A DNA stretch of 20,597 nt from Thermodesulfovibrionales bacterium. GTDB lineage: Bacteria; Nitrospirota; Thermodesulfovibrionia; Thermodesulfovibrionales; UBA6898. Made by a program: the position numbers and the translations under genes. This document shows, one piece after another, positions 16,772-20,597 of this stretch (position 1 is its first letter; every line of letters begins with the position of its first letter). The DNA lies in assembly GCA_044450345.1 (NCBI GenBank), contig JBIOIY010000055.1, positions 1 through 20,597 of the forward strand. The letters are read 5' to 3'. The notes beneath the pieces were generated by a model. It searched no databases. It was given only the letters and a program-made list of their open reading frames with translations, and had not been told where the DNA came from.

Positions 16772-17440
16772 ATGTTCGACGTGAGGCAGGTTGCGATTTT
16801 CAACACCTTGAGTGCGCAGGAGGCCAAGGAGATATCGCCCTATTTTCTGCAGGGTAAGTTCCGGAAAAAAGCGGCCATCTTCTCAGAAGGCGACCCCTCT
16901 GAATGGTTTTACATCGTCGAGAAGGGGAAGGTCAAGATCACCAAACTATCGCATGAGGGCAAGGAGATCATCCTGGAAATCATATCTCCCCTGGATTTTT
17001 TCGGGGGCATCGCGGTATTAAGAGGTTTCCCGTACCCGGCTAACGCGGTGGCGATGGAGGACACAGAGGTGTTGAAGATATCGCGGAAGAACCTGATGGG
17101 CGTCATCGACAGGTTCCCAAACCTCATGTACTGCATGGCGACGAACATCGGCGACAGGGTAAAAGGATCTCATGAAACGCTCAAGAGCATCGCGCTGGAA
17201 AAGGTCGAATCCAGGATCGCCTCGCTTCTCATTAAATTGTCCGATAAGGCCGGGGAAAAAACCCCGGAAGGCGTGGCGATCAATATGAAGCTTACGAAAC
17301 AGGACATAGCCGAGATGGTCGGGACGACCGTCGAGACATCGATACGGACCATGAGCAAGCTGTCGAAGGCGGGACTGGTGAGTTCGAAGGCGGGCAAGAT
17401 CGTTATCAGAGACCTTGAAAGACTCAAATCCCTGACTTAG
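16772..17440 (+). CDS. Crp/Fnr-family transcriptional regulator (HcpR/Dnr-like)
   Basis: Cyclic-nucleotide-binding fold (IFSEGDP, GKVKITK, DFFGGIA, YPANAVA) and HTH LTKQDIAEMVGTTVETSIRTMSKL. Lacks the N-terminal Fnr Cys cluster. Confidence 0.92.
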   Translation: MFDVRQVAIFNTLSAQEAKEISPYFLQGKFRKKAAIFSEGDPSEWFYIVEKGKVKITKLSHEGKEIILEIISPLDFFGGIAVLRGFPYPANAVAMEDTEVLKISRKNLMGVIDRFPNLMYCMATNIGDRVKGSHETLKSIALEKVESRIASLLIKLSDKAGEKTPEGVAINMKLTKQDIAEMVGTTVETSIRTMSKLSKAGLVSSKAGKIVIRDLERLKSLT

Positions 17441-17625
17441 CAGGGCGGCATCGTCGGTCCCATTGGAGTATAGGTTCGTTAACCAAGCACTTTTCCTGCA
17501 CCACGCCACAGGTCAATGATTTTCGATTAAACAGCCTTTCAGACTTAATGATTGACAAGGGAAGTTTTTATATGATAATTATGATAATTAGTCTTATAAA
17601 GGAATGGTCTTTTAAGGAGGAAGAA

Positions 17626-18558
17626 ATGATTTTGTTCAATTTTCAGGGGGTCACCAGCCAGGTGAAAGAGATGATGAGAGTGATGCTGAGAAAAACCCCT
17701 TATTATTTTATTGCGATGACATTTTTGCTGTCCTCTTCCATAATGCTCGGTTCAACCGCGCCGGCTTATTCAGCGGACAATCCAACTGACTTGTATAACA
17801 AGGCAATCGGATTAAGCCAAGCCGGCAAATATGAAGAGGCTATAAAGGCTTTAGATAAGGCTATAAGCCTTGGCTTGACGCGGGAAGATGAGGCTATGGC
17901 GTGGAATATGAAAGGGTTAAGCCTGGGAAAGTTGGGCCGGCATAAAGAAGCGATAAAGGCTTACGACAAGGCGATAAGCCTCGGCCCCAGGAAGGATTTA
18001 GAGGCCTATGCATGGTATTCGAAGGGGTCGAGCCTCGGAAGTTTAGGGCGAAATGAAGAGGCGATAAAGGCTTTCGACAAGGCGATAGGCCTTGGTTTGA
18101 AGAAAAGGGACGAGGCCTATGCGTGGTACTTTGAGGCATTCACCCTTGGAACTTTAGGCCGGAATGAAGAGGCGATAAAGGCTTTCGATAAGGCGATAAC
18201 CCTTGGTCTGAAAAAGGAATATGAGGCCTATGCGTGGTATGGGAAGGGGTCGGGCCTTGGAAGTTTAGGACGAAATGAAGAGGCGATAAAGGCTTTCGAT
18301 AAGGCGGTAAGCCTTGGCCTGAAGAAGGAAGACGAGGCGTATGCGTGGTATTCGAAGGGGTCGATCCTTCGGACTTTAAGCAGGCATGAAGAGGCGATAA
18401 AGGCTTTCGACAAGGCGATAAGCCTTGGTCTGAGCGACAGAGATGAGACGTATGCGTGGTATTATAAAGGCCGAAGCCTTCAAGTGTTAGGACGAGATGA
18501 AGAGGCGAAGAAGGCTATCGATAAGGCAATAAGCCTTGACGTAGAGCCCATTAAATAG
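17626..18558 (+). CDS. Exported tetratricopeptide repeat protein with seven 37-aa repeats
   Basis: RBS AAGGAGG before ATG 17626 (a later ATG is possible), signal-like segment ending AYSA, repeated AWY-KG..LG.LGR.EEAIKAFDKAI.LGL units. Confidence 0.88.
   Translation: MILFNFQGVTSQVKEMMRVMLRKTPYYFIAMTFLLSSSIMLGSTAPAYSADNPTDLYNKAIGLSQAGKYEEAIKALDKAISLGLTREDEAMAWNMKGLSLGKLGRHKEAIKAYDKAISLGPRKDLEAYAWYSKGSSLGSLGRNEEAIKAFDKAIGLGLKKRDEAYAWYFEAFTLGTLGRNEEAIKAFDKAITLGLKKEYEAYAWYGKGSGLGSLGRNEEAIKAFDKAVSLGLKKEDEAYAWYSKGSILRTLSRHEEAIKAFDKAISLGLSDRDETYAWYYKGRSLQVLGRDEEAKKAIDKAISLDVEPIK
17833..18540 (+). repeat. Intragenic tandem repeat, 111-bp period
   Basis: GAAGAGGCGATAAAGGC-like cores at 17833, 17944, 18055, 18166, 18277, 18388 and 18499. 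Confidence 0.9.
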
Positions 18559-18607
18559 TGCCTCTAAGCAGAGCTTTCGGGCAAAAATAACAAAGAGGAG
18601 GCTCTCT

Positions 18608-19582
18608 TTATAGCTTTCCCTCTTGCATCAGCCTCAGCAGCGCCTTTGCATATCTGGACGAAAATGAATATACGTTCGTTTCTATGCTTTTATTGAAGAA
18701 CTCCCTGGCCCCCTTTATATCCTTTTCCATAAGTTTCTTTTCACCGATGGAATAATATGCATCACAAAGTCTGTGTTGCACTACTTTTTCATCCTTGCCA
18801 TTTCGCGCCTCGTCAAGCAATTTAGTATCCGTCAAGTCCCCCATCCCCAAGTAATATTTTGAAACGTTCCGCCACCATTTTTCGTCGTCAGACGATGCAT
18901 CGTGAGATAATACATAGCTCCGGAGTTCTGTGAGGACTTTGTCGTATTCGTCTTTAGAAAGCTTCCCCGAGGAATTCAAAAGACGCACATAAATAAGATC
19001 TAATTTCAGATCGGGGTGCACCTTCATAAATATTTCTATCAATTTCCTATAGTCCCGGACACTATCTCCGAATGCCCCCCTTTCATAGTAAGCTGCCGAG
19101 CGTAACCAATAGCCTTGGGCCTTCTCAGGATCCAACCTAATGATGTTGCTGTAATCCGCGTTGGCCTCATCATATTGTCCCTTATCACGATAGAGACGTG
19201 CACGATTAAGATAATTATATTCTCCGGGAGCAACCGCAATAGCTTTACTCCAGTCACTAATAGCTTTATCATATTTCTTAGTGCTCTCATAAGCGGATGC
19301 CCGTGCTTGGTAAATACGCTCATTTTTGGGATCCAGCTCAATTGCTGAAGTGTAATCCGCAATGGCTTTGTCATATTGCCCTTTCTTAGAATAGGCGAAA
19401 CCGCGATTGTAGTAAGTTAAATAATTCAGCCCGTTTCGTGAGCTAATCTTGGCGGTGCATGCATCAATTGCTTTATCATATTCTCCTTTGTTCAAATATT
19501 CTTGACACCAATCAGTTCCATAGCTCAGAGAAGCTATAGAGAGAATCAGCAAGACCATGGAAGCGACGAATCTTGATTTCAT
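18608..19582 (-). CDS. Exported TPR protein with an NlpI-like C-terminus
   Basis: Signal peptide, TPRs (YYNRGFAYSKKGQYDKAIADYTSAIELDP) and C-terminal LCDAYYSIG...FNKSIETNVYSF resembling NlpI. GGGAG RBS. Confidence 0.85.
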   Translation of the reverse strand: MKSRFVASMVLLILSIASLSYGTDWCQEYLNKGEYDKAIDACTAKISSRNGLNYLTYYNRGFAYSKKGQYDKAIADYTSAIELDPKNERIYQARASAYESTKKYDKAISDWSKAIAVAPGEYNYLNRARLYRDKGQYDEANADYSNIIRLDPEKAQGYWLRSAAYYERGAFGDSVRDYRKLIEIFMKVHPDLKLDLIYVRLLNSSGKLSKDEYDKVLTELRSYVLSHDASSDDEKWWRNVSKYYLGMGDLTDTKLLDEARNGKDEKVVQHRLCDAYYSIGEKKLMEKDIKGAREFFNKSIETNVYSFSSRYAKALLRLMQEGKL

Positions 19583-19602
19583 TGGACTCCCTTTATAGAA
19601 GA

Positions 19603-19643
19603 TTTACCCCGTTAGAAAGACGAAGGTCTTCTAACGGGGTTTA
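19603..19643. repeat. 41-bp palindromic dispersed repeat, copy 2
   Basis: TTT-ACCCCGTTAGAA-AGACGAAGGTC-TTCTAACGGGGT-TTA; arms identical to copy 1, different loop of the same length. Confidence 0.9.
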
Positions 19644-19739
19644 TTGAAACAATAATATCAAACATAAAGCTTGAAAACAAGGTGGTTGACTCCAGCTCTT
19701 TTTCGTGAGCAAAAGGGATCGGTCTTAGTCAGCGTATAA

Positions 19740-20147
19740 TCAATGCGCCACCTTTGGCAGAAGCGTTGCCAGCATATTGTAAAGGAACAGCACGATCGAG
19801 AAGACCTCGACTGCTGCGAAGGCTACGGACAACATCTTGTAGGTTTGAGACGGGTTGTAGACCCCCATTGCGTAGAAAAGAAGCATTCCGATAAGCCCTA
19901 TGTTGGCGGTCCAGAACTGCAGTTCCCCCATTTTTGGATGCTTGAGCGGCCTGCCTGAAAACCTCGGCAGTACGTGATACCCGACACCGTATATCATCAT
20001 CGATACCCAGCCGAGCAGATTCAGATGTGAGTGCACAAACTTCAAGGAGAGCAGCGATTCGTTCCATAACATACACACTCCAAGGACGGATGCGGCGCCA
20101 AGATAGACGATGCTCACGATGATAAAGTTTCTTACAAAGCGGTCCAT
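19740..20147 (-). CDS. Small 4-TM membrane protein resembling a fragment of heme-copper oxidase subunit I
   Basis: Four hydrophobic helices, HSHLNLLGW and YHVLPRF motifs, strong RBS GAGGAGG. Confidence 0.8.
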   Translation of the reverse strand: MDRFVRNFIIVSIVYLGAASVLGVCMLWNESLLSLKFVHSHLNLLGWVSMMIYGVGYHVLPRFSGRPLKHPKMGELQFWTANIGLIGMLLFYAMGVYNPSQTYKMLSVAFAAVEVFSIVLFLYNMLATLLPKVAH

Positions 20148-20209
20148 GATTCCTCCTCAATTGGTCTTTGATTGTTGGTTAGAGTATACCGCGACGAGTA
20201 GGGCTGTTC

Positions 20210-20225
20210 TATGACAGCGGTCATA
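20210..20225 (-). promoter_or_regulatory. Crp/Fnr-type binding site 1 (class II position for the minus-strand gene)
   Basis: Palindrome TATGAC-AGCG-GTCATA centred 41.5 bp upstream of the +1 predicted from minus-strand TATACT at 20188-20183. Confidence 0.8.
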
Positions 20226-20252
20226 CACGGTTTTCCGCCGGTATCCTGTCAG

Positions 20253-20268
20253 TATGACCTACGTCATA
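20253..20268 (+). promoter_or_regulatory. Crp/Fnr-type binding site 2 (class II position for the plus-strand gene)
   Basis: Palindrome TATGAC-CTAC-GTCATA centred 41.5 bp upstream of the +1 predicted from TATACT at 20290-20295. Confidence 0.8.
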
Positions 20269-20327
20269 AACTTTTATTTTTTCCCGGCCTATACTTTTAT
20301 TAAGAACAATAAAACCGGGAGGACGAT

Positions 20328-20558
20328 ATGAACGCAACAAAAAAACTTATTACGAAGGACTCAGTTATCGGGGACGTGATCAGGGAAAACCCTGGGGCCA
20401 GGGAAGTGATACAGAAATATTTCGGGGGCGGATGCTTCACATGCCCGGGTATCAATATGGAATCTATCTCCTTCGGTTCCATGATGCATAACCTCGATCC
20501 TGAAAAGATCGTCAAAGAGATAAATGAGCTGCCGGATTCACCCGGCTCGCCGGAATAA
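20328..20558 (+). CDS. DUF1858-domain (hybrid-cluster-protein-associated) small protein
   Basis: ITKDSVIGDVIRENP...GCFTCPG...ESI...MHNLDPEKIVKEIN pattern; RBS GGGAGG. Confidence 0.85.
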   Translation: MNATKKLITKDSVIGDVIRENPGAREVIQKYFGGGCFTCPGINMESISFGSMMHNLDPEKIVKEINELPDSPGSPE

Positions 20559-20572
20559 GGAGGAAGAACGAC

Positions 20573-20597
20573 ATGTCGGCAAAATGCTTTGTATGCG
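20573..20597 (+). CDS. Start of the next gene (MSAKCFVC...), truncated by the window edge
   Basis: AAGGAGG RBS then ATG 20573; a CxxC within the first 8 codons. Confidence 0.55.

Noticed and set aside
17571..17588. TATGATAAT tandem as a Fur box
   Set aside because: It does not fit the 7-1-7 or 19-bp Fur geometry; more simply a -10 region downstream of TTGACA at 17552.
17833..18540. Regularly spaced repeats as a CRISPR array
   Set aside because: The 111-bp period is in frame inside a TPR gene and the intervening sequences are homologous, not unique spacers.

Overview
GC-rich bacterial chromosomal window; gene content suggests an anaerobe such as Nitrospirota or a deltaproteobacterium (inference). 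In order: the 3' part of an IS481-like DDE transposase ending just before a TTGACA box; a four-gene operon (aldehyde dehydrogenase, class-III aminotransferase, COG2403-type P-loop protein resembling arginine synthetase ArcE, carbamate kinase) that looks like an ATP-conserving arginine catabolic pathway; a ComA/HSA32-family gene; an intergenic region with two long fold-back elements; a CNT/NupC nucleoside transporter; an ECF sigma/anti-sigma/periplasmic protein cluster preceded by an LTxxQ gene remnant; a Cys-rich protein; nadE, two small ORFs, rsmI, an Aas-like ligase and a DUF362 Fe-S protein; a candidate ~65-nt sRNA with an anti-Shine-Dalgarno motif; a probably leaderless Crp/Fnr (HcpR-like) regulator; two convergent TPR genes; and a divergent gene pair with twin TATGAC-N4-GTCATA boxes, each at -41.5. 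A 41-bp palindrome occurs twice, about 8.9 kb apart. All calls come from reading motifs by eye; no searches were run.
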